Positions 49,562 to 58,524 of a stretch of DNA of 64,000 bases are shown here, in pieces (the stretch's first letter is position 1; each line of letters starts with the position of its first letter). A program made the translations under genes and the position numbers. This DNA comes from Bdellovibrio sp. (GTDB lineage: Bacteria; Bdellovibrionota; Bdellovibrionia; Bdellovibrionales; Bdellovibrionaceae): positions 1,920,001-1,984,000 of the forward strand of contig JAKFCY010000002.1 in the NCBI GenBank assembly GCA_036676395.1, written 5' to 3'. The notes below the pieces were generated by a model that saw only the letters and a list, made by a program, of their open reading frames with translations, had not been told where the DNA came from and did not search any database.

Positions 49562-50296
49562 ATGTTTCTGTTGTATTTCATAGGTTTTCACGCGCTTTTG
49601 ATATTATCCGAATCTGCTTATGTAAAGCGACTACATAATAAAAAAGATCGCGTAGTCATTACCGACAAGCGAGCAGCTGATTTTCTAAACTACTTCATCG
49701 AATATATCGTTCTTTCTAGGTATTCGTTTTGCGGATATAAAAATAATATTAAAGGCAACTTAAGGATTTTGTCCGCAATTTCGCTGACGATATTTCTAGG
49801 TGCACTAGTTGATTTTATCTGCAATTTATTCGGAATTACTTTTTCGCTGGTTAAGCTAAATACAGGCTATATTAACTTAGAATTTTCGCTTCTAGTAACT
49901 GGGTTTGGTCTTTGCATTTCAACTTTTATCCTAGAACGCAGCCATCTTCACAAGAAATGGGAATTTTTAGCACAGCTACAAAATAAAGTTTTCGAAACAG
50001 ATCTCGGAATCAAAAGAGACATTTTAAATGCAACACTAACGTTACATCTGATCGAAATGGAAATGTGGTCGCATAAATCATTTCGAGATCGCTTTATTTC
50101 AGCATTTGCCTTGGCTAATTCTACGGCCAAAGGCGAGTACCCATTTAAAATAAATAGCTTAAAATATGCTGAGGATGATGTCCTCAAGACAACTTTTACA
50201 AAGAAAGAGGCCCTGGGAAGCGTCATGGCATACCAAAATATTCTGTTAAACAGACAAAAATTCGACAAAACATTTCAAGAACTTCAAGCCAGCTAA
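49562..50296 (+). CDS. Hypothetical membrane protein
   Basis: 244-aa ORF with about three hydrophobic segments. TAAA-N16-GCCGAATA upstream at 49502-49529. Confidence 0.6.
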   Translation: MFLLYFIGFHALLILSESAYVKRLHNKKDRVVITDKRAADFLNYFIEYIVLSRYSFCGYKNNIKGNLRILSAISLTIFLGALVDFICNLFGITFSLVKLNTGYINLEFSLLVTGFGLCISTFILERSHLHKKWEFLAQLQNKVFETDLGIKRDILNATLTLHLIEMEMWSHKSFRDRFISAFALANSTAKGEYPFKINSLKYAEDDVLKTTFTKKEALGSVMAYQNILLNRQKFDKTFQELQAS

Positions 50297-50304
50297 TTAA
50301 ACAA

Positions 50305-50766
50305 TTACTTTTGACTAGCGACTCCCCGTTTGCACCAGTTGATTTTTTCTTTGGTTTGGCCTTCGTAGGCATAAGCTAGATTATTTTTAATCAAAGTTTC
50401 AGCGACATCTTTACCATCGATTTTAACATCAGCTAAGATGCGAAAATATTTATCACGTTCGATATTTACTAAATCAATGCGCTTAGAATTTTTAAGCATA
50501 TTCTCAACTAAACGTTTTGAAGTTCTTGCCATATCTTTTTCGCAAGGAAGTTTACCTTTAATTTCTGGCGAGTCGATATGCTTTATGCGAATACTGATTT
50601 TTTCGCCAATTAAGGGGTGCACACCCGGAATATTAAAGGTGATCGTATCGGCGTCGTAATTTTTAAGATATTTAACACAGGCAAAAGAAGTTGCCGTGTG
50701 GGTGCAGTCATTAGCTAAACTGTACTGTGTTAATAAAAAGAAAAAAGCTGCTATTAATATTTTCAT
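50305..50766 (-). CDS. Secreted thermonuclease (SNase family)
   Basis: YDADTI, IRI..IDSPE, RDKYFRILA, and L.....LA..Y.G. Confidence 0.9.
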   Translation of the reverse strand: MKILIAAFFFLLTQYSLANDCTHTATSFACVKYLKNYDADTITFNIPGVHPLIGEKISIRIKHIDSPEIKGKLPCEKDMARTSKRLVENMLKNSKRIDLVNIERDKYFRILADVKIDGKDVAETLIKNNLAYAYEGQTKEKINWCKRGVASQK

Positions 50767-50810
50767 AAGAAAATGTTAACATGCAGCTTTTATTTGAAAA
50801 GAAGAAAATC

Positions 50811-50833
50811 CTATCTTGGCAGATTCTAGATGC
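50811..50833. repeat. Direct repeat copy of the phosphatase gene's 3' end
   Basis: CTATCTTGGCAGATTCTAGATGC matches 51640-51663 (CTATCTTGGGCAGATTCTAGATGC) with a single 1-nt indel. Confidence 0.85.
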
Positions 50834-50853
50834 GGTTTTTTTATTTTTGTGAC

Positions 50854-51621
50854 TTAAAATTGGGCTTTAAATTTTCCGATTAAAGTAAATAACCTCATGG
50901 CATAAGCAGATACTTTATTTTTTGCTTTTAAGTCTTGTCTTTTTTGCGATAAATAATATGCGTCATAATCTGAAAGTTTAGCCTCGACCTCGGCGGACTT
51001 ACCAATATCGTAAAGACTTGCATGCGTATATCGACTGACCCATAAATCGAGCTCGGGTGTATTAGATCGGGGTATATAAAAATAGTCTTTACTTAACCAA
51101 TGTTGTGAAATTAAAAATTTTGGAATTTGTAATTCAAAGATGACGCCTTTTTCACTGATGGATTTTCCATACATTAAGCCTGACGTATAAGCGATGGCAT
51201 CCTTTAAATTTCTAGAGCCAAAAATTCCATTATTAATGCCCACTCTAAATGGAGGCGCAATAAGATTTCCTCCAGGGGTATATCTTACATAATAGGGGTC
51301 ATGTTGACTAACTTCTACAGAGACCCCTCTGTAAAGAGTCACCATTTCTAATGTCTTATTTTCAATTTTTTCAATAATCTTTCCTGACAACTCAGGATAA
51401 AACTCAACAACTCGCGCGGCAATTAATGGATTTATACCGGCAGAAATCATCGTTTGCAGAGAATTCACCTTAGCTTCGTGAGTTACAATGGCTTCAACCC
51501 TAGCTCTAGAGTCATTTTCATTTAAAAATAAATCTGAACATTGTGGGCCAGCATAAGTAATGCTTCCAACAAAGAACATGAATAACAACAATGAATATTT
51601 TGCTTTCATAAATCTTTCCAT
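50854..51621 (-). CDS. Secreted protein with a possible ADP-ribosyltransferase-like fold
   Basis: Signal peptide plus CSDLF, then TLYRG, GIFGS.N...A..Y and GVIFEL.IP. Confidence 0.5.
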   Translation of the reverse strand: MERFMKAKYSLLLFMFFVGSITYAGPQCSDLFLNENDSRARVEAIVTHEAKVNSLQTMISAGINPLIAARVVEFYPELSGKIIEKIENKTLEMVTLYRGVSVEVSQHDPYYVRYTPGGNLIAPPFRVGINNGIFGSRNLKDAIAYTSGLMYGKSISEKGVIFELQIPKFLISQHWLSKDYFYIPRSNTPELDLWVSRYTHASLYDIGKSAEVEAKLSDYDAYYLSQKRQDLKAKNKVSAYAMRLFTLIGKFKAQF

Positions 51622-51639
51622 TTCACTTAGTGGTGAATA

Positions 51640-52242
51640 CTATCTTGGGCAGATTCTAGATGCATCTTCTGCTGAAATTTTTAAATCATCAAACAATTGA
51701 AATTTCTGAATACGTAAAATTTTACCGTTCGGAACATTGGCAAACCAGTACGCCTGAGCTTGTTGTGGTGTCATTCCGCAGAATTGAATTAATGCATATG
51801 CAGCCATTTCGCCTGATGCATGCCAGCCGTTCCAGCAGTGAACATACATTGGTCCTTTTTTGTTTTCGATAATGTCTTTTACTTTTGTTAAAAAAGTTTT
51901 TACTGCTGGACGGCTTCTGGTATCAGGACCAAAATTTGTGTACTCAACACCATGAGTTGCACTTGGTCTTTTATCCCAACCGTAAGGATACATATAAACA
52001 GCAGCTGAAAAGCCTTTATCGGCCAAAGATTTTAAACCAGTTTCATTTAATGGAACTTGTCCGCCCACTGAATTACCACCGCGGTATAAAACACCCGGAA
52101 TAACTACGCGATAATTTCTTAAACCAGAAACCTTTTCATGAGTCGCTTCAGTGTTTTTCATAAGATCGTTTAAAGACACTTGTTGAGCGTTTGCAGTAAA
52201 AGCGATCAAAAGGGTTAAAATTGAAATTAATGTTTTCATCAT
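51640..52242 (-). CDS. Secreted PTP/dual-specificity phosphatase-fold protein
   Basis: NYRVV.PG.LYRG and GP.YVHCWNGWHASG (P-loop lacks Arg). Confidence 0.75.
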   Translation of the reverse strand: MMKTLISILTLLIAFTANAQQVSLNDLMKNTEATHEKVSGLRNYRVVIPGVLYRGGNSVGGQVPLNETGLKSLADKGFSAAVYMYPYGWDKRPSATHGVEYTNFGPDTRSRPAVKTFLTKVKDIIENKKGPMYVHCWNGWHASGEMAAYALIQFCGMTPQQAQAYWFANVPNGKILRIQKFQLFDDLKISAEDASRICPR

Positions 52243-52351
52243 TACTCCTGTAATAAGGATTAACTCTGCAAAATCATGCGCTGTCTCAGATTGAGAATCA
52301 GGTCTTTAAAACTGATTAAATGAATTCAGGATTACTGGCTACTGTACAACC

Positions 52352-52834
52352 CTATTGAGATGACAGAATTTGGTAGACACCATCTGGCGAAAGCCCGGGT
52401 AAGCCGTTTAAAGCCTGGTACGACGCTGGCCAAGCCTGTGAAAACACCATCGGCTTGGGAGCTAAATCCAAGAGCTTAGCGATTAATTCAGAACAATAGA
52501 TTTTCTCGTCATCCCAGATATAACCATGATCGAAGGGTTTACCAAGCATTACATTAACTTTAGCTTCATCCAGTTCTTCAAGATTTTGAACTTCAACGTA
52601 TTCTAGGATTTCGCCCATTTTCTGAATTTTATCAATAGTCACAAGCTCAACACCTCTATAGGGATGAGCTTGCAGCCATTGACCTTTATAAGAAATCGCA
52701 GAGTGGGCAAAACGAGCACCCGGTTCAAGTTGAATGACGTTACCGTAGTAATCTCGCATCTGAATAAATGCGACCATGACTTTAGCTTGCACAGAAAAAG
52801 AAAATAAAATAATCGTGGCTGCGACAAATTTCAT
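52352..52834 (-). CDS. Second YiiX-like permuted papain amidase
   Basis: FAHSAI, GKPFD..Y.W, IYCSELI, SP. Signal peptide present. Confidence 0.8.
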   Translation of the reverse strand: MKFVAATIILFSFSVQAKVMVAFIQMRDYYGNVIQLEPGARFAHSAISYKGQWLQAHPYRGVELVTIDKIQKMGEILEYVEVQNLEELDEAKVNVMLGKPFDHGYIWDDEKIYCSELIAKLLDLAPKPMVFSQAWPASYQALNGLPGLSPDGVYQILSSQ

Positions 52835-52839
52835 AAAAC

Positions 52840-53403
52840 TTACTTTACAAAAACTTTTTCACTTTGAGTAACTAACATCGCAGCCATTGTATTTTTTAGC
52901 AGGTCACCCAGCAAAAATGGATACAGGCCAGCAACGAATAAGCCTTCATGCGGAATAAAAAATGATAAGCCCACAAGACCGAAAGTAAAAACACAAACGC
53001 TGCCAAGGTAACTGGCCAGTAATGTTTTTTTAAATGATTTAGTCCAACCGATGTCACTTAAATAGCCCATAACAATAGAGCCCGCTAACATTCCAAATAA
53101 ATAGCCGGTGGTTGGCCCGCCAATACCCGCTTTAGCCGCGGCAAAGATCGGAAACCCTGCTGCACCTAACAGTAAATAACTAAGCACTGAAGAAAAGCCT
53201 CGCTTAAAACCCCACATCAACGCAATCAGCGCGACGCCAAAAGTTTGTCCGGTGATCGGTACCGGTGTCCAAGGCAGCTGAATTGAAACTTGCGCCAATA
53301 AACTTAAAACGATAACACCGCTGGCGATAGCAGCCAGGTTATAAGTGAGTTGATTTCCACGAGAGATAACAAAGCGAGACACTAAGGCTTGTGAATTTTT
53401 CAT
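52840..53403 (-). CDS. bioY: Biotin transporter BioY
   Basis: PVPITGQTFGV, Y...GA.G.P.FA, GPT.GYL.G, GDLLK. Start re-assigned to ATG 53403. Confidence 0.93.
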   Translation of the reverse strand: MKNSQALVSRFVISRGNQLTYNLAAIASGVIVLSLLAQVSIQLPWTPVPITGQTFGVALIALMWGFKRGFSSVLSYLLLGAAGFPIFAAAKAGIGGPTTGYLFGMLAGSIVMGYLSDIGWTKSFKKTLLASYLGSVCVFTFGLVGLSFFIPHEGLFVAGLYPFLLGDLLKNTMAAMLVTQSEKVFVK

Positions 53404-53495
53404 AACCTGGATCCTAGAAAATATTTCTGCGTCATTGTAGTAAAAAAAAGTAATTTTAGGTTTCAATTATTGAACTACTAAACTATATTTCGCCC

Positions 53496-53942
53496 ATGAA
53501 AATTACAAAATACCTTGATGCCAGCCCCGTATTTGCCCTGAATAGTGCCTATGAAACTATTGTGTCGGACATCAACCGCACTTTGAAATCTGAAGATTCA
53601 AACTTACTGCAAGGCTTAGTTTTAACGGCACTTTTTTTTGAAGATAAAGACAGCATTACCCCGTCTCAGCTGGCCAAAGTGTTTCACACCAGCCGCGGCA
53701 ACATCAGCCATATTGTTTCGCATTTAGAATACAAAGGCTGGGTTAAACGCCTGGTCAGCCCAAAAGATGCCAGGCAGTTTATGATTATTTTAAAACCTGA
53801 AGGTCGAAAAAAAGCACTTAAGCTTGTTAAATATTACGATAAAATTCAGGATCTTTTTGAAAACCATTTAGGCGCAGCCCCTTGCAAACAGACTGCAGAA
53901 AATATTACGAAACTTAAAGAGAGTTATCTTACTTTCGGCTAA
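53496..53942 (+). CDS. MarR-family transcriptional regulator
   Basis: TPSQLA.....SR..IS..V..LE.KGWV.R.....DAR....L...G. Confidence 0.88.
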   Translation: MKITKYLDASPVFALNSAYETIVSDINRTLKSEDSNLLQGLVLTALFFEDKDSITPSQLAKVFHTSRGNISHIVSHLEYKGWVKRLVSPKDARQFMIILKPEGRKKALKLVKYYDKIQDLFENHLGAAPCKQTAENITKLKESYLTFG

Positions 53943-55533
53943 AACGGCCCATGACTTTTTTGCCGATTTTACCGAATTCATTCGGAAACAAGCGCACACC
54001 AATGGCAAAAAATCCAATCAGCACTAGAGCAATGGTGATCGATAAAGCCAGATAGCCAGCCATATACCCATTTAAAATAAAATTTAACTGGGCAATAAAA
54101 AACACGATCAATCCAACGAAGGCAAACTTCACAAGGCTTTGTAAAAATTTAAGATACGGAAAATCAAAAATTAAAAAATTATAAAACACTAACAACATCG
54201 TAAGATTTACTGCAGCCGATGTCGTCGTAGAAATCATCAACCCCTGCACGCCCCAACGAGCCATTAAGACCGGCGCTAAAAAAATATGAATCACTAAACA
54301 GCCACCTGATAACATCGCCGGAAACCACGTGTTCTTAATCGCATAATAAGCTGGAGTCAGAACTCGCACCCCACTTGAAAAAACCATAATCCAGCAGTAA
54401 GTTTTTAAAATTAAACTGGCCGTATGCACATCATCTGGCGTGAAGCGACCGCGGCCGAATAATAAATCCATAATCGGTTCGGCTAATACAAATAAGCCGC
54501 AGGCTGCGGCGATTGAAACGAATAAATTTAATTCTAAGTAATGTCTAGTTTGCTCAGCCATTTCAGATTTTTTATCTTGCACCCAGTATTTTGATAACAC
54601 CGGTAATAATGCTGTGCCAAGACTCACTGAAATTAAAGATAACGGCAGTTCAATCAAACGATCGACGTAATTAATATAAGAAATGGTTCCTTCTTTTAAT
54701 GACGAAGCAAAACGAAGATTCACGATGGTTGTAAATTGCAATAGCCCTAAGCCAACAAGGCCTGGCCCCATATTGCGAAAAACTTTTAAGGTGTCTTTGT
54801 TTTTAAAATCAAAAGAAAGCTTTGGAAAATACCCACAACGGCGCAGTGCCGGAATCAAAACTGCAGCTTGTAAAAATCCACCAATCAAAACACCCCAGGC
54901 CAATTGTGTTCCATTATTTTGCGCAGCTTCTGACAACCAAGATTTTGGCCATAAGGTAGAAATCACCATCGCCAGATTCCAGAATGTTGGGGCTAAAGCT
55001 GGCCAAAAAAATTCTCCGAGGGCGTTTAATATCCCCATAAAAAAAGCAAAGCTTGAGATAAAAAACACAAAACCAAACATGATTTGCGCCATTTGTTTGG
55101 TGATCAGGTATTTTTCGGTATTGGCGATATATTCTGGGTCTAAAACTAAATGCAATAAAGCATCAGATCTTAAAATGCCCAAAACAGTGATCACCGATAG
55201 GATCATTAATAAAAGCGTGTACAATGAATTGACCAGATTTTGGGCTCTTTCACGGCTATCGTGATTGGCTTCGACAAAAATGGGGATAAAACTAACAGAA
55301 AGCGAGCCTTCACCCAAAAGCCTGCGAAACATGTTGGGAATTCGAAAGGCCGCAGCCCAGGCATCGGTAATTTGTTTATCAAATAGCGCAGCTAATAGAC
55401 TTTCGCGTACGAGCCCTAAAGCTCTGCTCGTCATCGTTCCAAATGCCATCTTTAAAGCATTTTTAAGAATCCCTGCTTGCTTAGGTTTATTTGGTGTGTT
55501 AGCTATTTGTGTTCGTTCTGAAATGTCAGACAT
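53929..55533 (-). CDS. murJ: Lipid II flippase MurJ
   Basis: SRALGLVRE, AFRIPN.FRRLLGEG, and RL.ELP. Divergent from rpsT. Confidence 0.95.
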   Translation of the reverse strand: MSDISERTQIANTPNKPKQAGILKNALKMAFGTMTSRALGLVRESLLAALFDKQITDAWAAAFRIPNMFRRLLGEGSLSVSFIPIFVEANHDSRERAQNLVNSLYTLLLMILSVITVLGILRSDALLHLVLDPEYIANTEKYLITKQMAQIMFGFVFFISSFAFFMGILNALGEFFWPALAPTFWNLAMVISTLWPKSWLSEAAQNNGTQLAWGVLIGGFLQAAVLIPALRRCGYFPKLSFDFKNKDTLKVFRNMGPGLVGLGLLQFTTIVNLRFASSLKEGTISYINYVDRLIELPLSLISVSLGTALLPVLSKYWVQDKKSEMAEQTRHYLELNLFVSIAAACGLFVLAEPIMDLLFGRGRFTPDDVHTASLILKTYCWIMVFSSGVRVLTPAYYAIKNTWFPAMLSGGCLVIHIFLAPVLMARWGVQGLMISTTTSAAVNLTMLLVFYNFLIFDFPYLKFLQSLVKFAFVGLIVFFIAQLNFILNGYMAGYLALSITIALVLIGFFAIGVRLFPNEFGKIGKKVMGRFSRK

Positions 55534-55553
55534 ACTTTACTGGAGGTTATACC

Positions 55554-55826
55554 TTGGCACAACATAAGTCAGCAGCTAAAAGAGCTCGTCAAGCCGTTAA
55601 GAAAAACGCTATCAATACAGCTCGTAAATCTACTGTTCGCACAGCTGAAAAAAGCTTAGCATCAGCAATTAAAACTAAAGACGTTAAAGCTGCTCAAACA
55701 TTATTGTCTAACTACGTTAGCAAAATCATGAAAGCCGCTCAAAAAGGCGTTATGACGAAACAAACTGCAGCTCGCAAAGTTGCTCGTTTATCGACTCAAG
55801 TTTTTAAAGCTACTTCTGCTAAATAG
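55554..55826 (+). CDS. rpsT: 30S ribosomal protein S20
   Basis: TTG start after GGAGG: AQHKSAAKRARQ...KG......AARK..RL. Confidence 0.96.
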   Translation: MAQHKSAAKRARQAVKKNAINTARKSTVRTAEKSLASAIKTKDVKAAQTLLSNYVSKIMKAAQKGVMTKQTAARKVARLSTQVFKATSAK

Positions 55827-55844
55827 TAGAAATACTTCGAAACG

Positions 55845-56219
55845 CTAAAGCGACAATTTGAACTTTTCTTGTTCATGACTAGTCCGAGCTACATAGGCTC
55901 GGATTTGTCGTTTTAGCGACAAACTCACGTCTGTGAAACTTAATCCATACACAGTATGACCAGGCTTCGTGCTGAACCCATCAACGGTGTTTTTCACAAC
56001 CGCACGCAGGCAAAAGAATCCCCCATTCGGGATATAAAAATTAACAACAATAGGACTATTCATATCTAAGGCCATTTCGGTTTGAAATGAAATGCCACCT
56101 TCACCTATTTCTACTCCGCCAGTAACTTCTGAATACCCTTTACAGGTAAATGCCACAGGTTTTTTAAAGTGTGTGCGGGGATATTTTCTTTTCGGGGCGT
56201 CTTTGATATGTGCATCCAT
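55845..56219 (-). CDS. Stand-alone PilZ domain protein
   Basis: RKYPR (RxxxR), EIGEGG, and YGL.F. Confidence 0.85.
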   Translation of the reverse strand: MDAHIKDAPKRKYPRTHFKKPVAFTCKGYSEVTGGVEIGEGGISFQTEMALDMNSPIVVNFYIPNGGFFCLRAVVKNTVDGFSTKPGHTVYGLSFTDVSLSLKRQIRAYVARTSHEQEKFKLSL

Positions 56220-56226
56220 ACTGTAC

Positions 56227-56253
56227 TTATCGGTAGTCTAGATTCAAATCCTA
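56227..56253 (-). promoter_or_regulatory. Putative sigma28 (FliA) promoter of the PilZ gene
   Basis: Minus strand TAGG-N15-ACCGATAA, 7 nt before the ATG. Confidence 0.4.
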
Positions 56254-56326
56254 ACCTGCAAATTCAAACTAGACCTTAGGCTAGCGGTCTAAGCGGATGC
56301 GCATACCCTTTTAAGACAGTTTCGAT

Positions 56327-57484
56327 ATGATCATAGCCATGAAAAAACACACTCTATTTTTGACAGCATTGATCACATCTACTTTACTTTTCAACTGCGC
56401 AGGCACAGGACCTCTTTTAAATAATTCAACTAACAACGGTGCGAAAGCTAAAGCCCGCCCGATGTTAGATTCATCGAAAGAATCGCAATTAAATATTCCC
56501 TACCGCAGCCTTGATACCGATAAAGAACTCACGTTAATCGGCCTTGGTTCATGTTCAGATCAAAACTTGGCTGAACCCATCTGGAAAACGATCAAACAAG
56601 CTAACCCCCAACTTTTTATCATGATGGGTGATAACGTTTATGCTTCTCGCAAAGAAGACAAACCCATTATCGACCAGTACATCAAAATGAATCAAATTGC
56701 TGAATACAAAGAATTGCGCGAAGCGATTCCATTTTTAGCAACTTGGGATGACCATGACTATGGCCAAAATGATGGTGGTTTTGATAACCCAGAAAAAGAC
56801 GAAGCCCGAAGAGCATTTCTAAATTACTGGAGCTACTTAAAATTCACGATGCCTAAAGACCAACAAGGTATTTACCACAGCCGCATCATCGGTTCAAAAA
56901 ATCGCAAAGTGCAAATCATTATGCTAGACACGCGCTGGGACCGTTCAGCTCTTGTTAAAAATCCTGAATATAATGCGACAACCAATACCGAACAGCCGCC
57001 AAAAATCTTTTTACCCACAGACGACAAAAATGCACGTGTTCTTTCAGAAGCACAATGGAAGTGGCTAGATCAGGAATTAGCAAAGCCTGCGAATCTACGC
57101 CTGATCGTTTCTTCAATTCAAGTGATCGCCAATGATCATTACTTTGAAAAATGGGGAAACTTTCCAAAAGAGCGTGAACGTTTTTTCAATTTGTTAAAAA
57201 AACACAAAGCTAAAAACACAGTGATTTTATCGGGTGACCGCCATTTATCAGCCGTTGCCAAAGAAGAAGTTAAAGGTTTAGGAACAATTTATGATGTGAC
57301 GGCCAGTTCGCTAAATAGACCTTCACGTAATTTAACACCTGAAGTTGATAAGACCTACACAGCGCCAAGTGTTTTAAAACCAAATTTTGGAGTGCTGTTG
57401 ATTGACTGGAGCAAACGCACTTTATCAGCCAAAATTATGGATGAAGAAAATAAAGCTCAGATCGAACAAGATATTAAATTTTAA
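56327..57484 (+). CDS. phoD: PhoD-family alkaline phosphatase (lipoprotein)
   Basis: GSC, GDNVY, TWDDHDYG.ND, LDTR, SGDRH. Lipobox LFNC; likely start ATG near 56339. Confidence 0.9.
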   Translation: MIIAMKKHTLFLTALITSTLLFNCAGTGPLLNNSTNNGAKAKARPMLDSSKESQLNIPYRSLDTDKELTLIGLGSCSDQNLAEPIWKTIKQANPQLFIMMGDNVYASRKEDKPIIDQYIKMNQIAEYKELREAIPFLATWDDHDYGQNDGGFDNPEKDEARRAFLNYWSYLKFTMPKDQQGIYHSRIIGSKNRKVQIIMLDTRWDRSALVKNPEYNATTNTEQPPKIFLPTDDKNARVLSEAQWKWLDQELAKPANLRLIVSSIQVIANDHYFEKWGNFPKERERFFNLLKKHKAKNTVILSGDRHLSAVAKEEVKGLGTIYDVTASSLNRPSRNLTPEVDKTYTAPSVLKPNFGVLLIDWSKRTLSAKIMDEENKAQIEQDIKF

Positions 57485-57502
57485 TTAAATAGTTATTTGA
57501 GC

Positions 57503-58462
57503 CTACTTGCGTAGGCTTATATTCGAATCGATCGGTGAAAGCCAACCTTTCACCACGATGTAGATAAATAATGCGCTTGAAATAAATAGCATCAACACGA
57601 TCGATGCCAAAAATCCCCACTCATTCTGTAAGCCCGGAATATGAGTAAAATTCATTCCGAATACACCAGCAATAAAATTTAACGGTAAAAAGAAAATCGT
57701 TAACACAGTTAATACGCGCATGATCTCATTGGTGCGAAGTGAGGCTTCGTTCGTGCGCTGTGAAGCGATCGACAAATGTAATCCTAACAACCCTTGTGTG
57801 TTTTCAAAAATATCATCGGCATAAAACTGATACCGTTCTAATTTGTCGCGGCTATCTTGCCATAAATCTTTTTGCGCAAGTCTTGTCATTACTTCTAATG
57901 TGTATTTTAAAACTTTGCGATAAGCTGAAGCTTTGCGCTTGATGTAATAACCTTCTTGTAAAAGCGCTTTAGAACGTTTGTGATTGAAAATATTTTCTTC
58001 AAACTTTTCCATGTTAGCTTCAAGCTGATTGATCGGGTTTTCAAACGCCAAGGCGGCTTGCTCGAACATCAGACCCATCAAGGTTAAGACACTTACATCT
58101 TTAAGATGGTCTTCGGTTAAGGCATTTACAGTACTTGCGACCTCTTTGATCACTGGAAGTTCGGCAATGCGGTGAATAGTGATCACCTGCTTTTCGTGAA
58201 TAAAAATCGCTATTTTTGTAGTCAATTCTTGCACGCTATCAGCTTTGCCTTCTGAAACTGGCTCTGGAATACGCAAAATAACAAAGCGAGTCGACCCATA
58301 GGTTTCAACATGGGGTAGGTAATCGGGATTCAAACAGTTTTGAATTATGCTCTCAGGCAAACCTAAAACGCCCGCTAGCTCATTATATTGAGTCTGAGTC
58401 GGCGCTGCATAGTTGAGCCATTGAATTTCTCTATTTGAAAATAATTTTTTACCATTTGCCAT
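57503..58462 (-). CDS. corA: CorA-family Mg2+/Co2+ transporter
   Basis: NEIMRVLT...FLP...AGVFGMNF (GMN motif) and two C-terminal TMs. Confidence 0.9.
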   Translation of the reverse strand: MANGKKLFSNREIQWLNYAAPTQTQYNELAGVLGLPESIIQNCLNPDYLPHVETYGSTRFVILRIPEPVSEGKADSVQELTTKIAIFIHEKQVITIHRIAELPVIKEVASTVNALTEDHLKDVSVLTLMGLMFEQAALAFENPINQLEANMEKFEENIFNHKRSKALLQEGYYIKRKASAYRKVLKYTLEVMTRLAQKDLWQDSRDKLERYQFYADDIFENTQGLLGLHLSIASQRTNEASLRTNEIMRVLTVLTIFFLPLNFIAGVFGMNFTHIPGLQNEWGFLASIVLMLFISSALFIYIVVKGWLSPIDSNISLRK

Positions 58463-58524
58463 AGTTTTGCTACTTTACTTCGATTATTGTAAGGGTCGTG
58501 CCAAAGGCACGCAAGGAATTACGC

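Noticed and set aside
54683..55567. Plus-strand ORFs of 193 and 100 aa
   Set aside because: Antisense shadows of murJ with no motifs. The same applies to the other short ORFs opposite strong genes (e.g. 2301-2651, 45049-45495, 44266-44646).
17200..56290. Clusters of CTAG in several intergenic regions (about 17205, 32043, 35123, 56238-56284)
   Set aside because: CTAG also occurs often in coding sequence here, and enrichment cannot be established without counting
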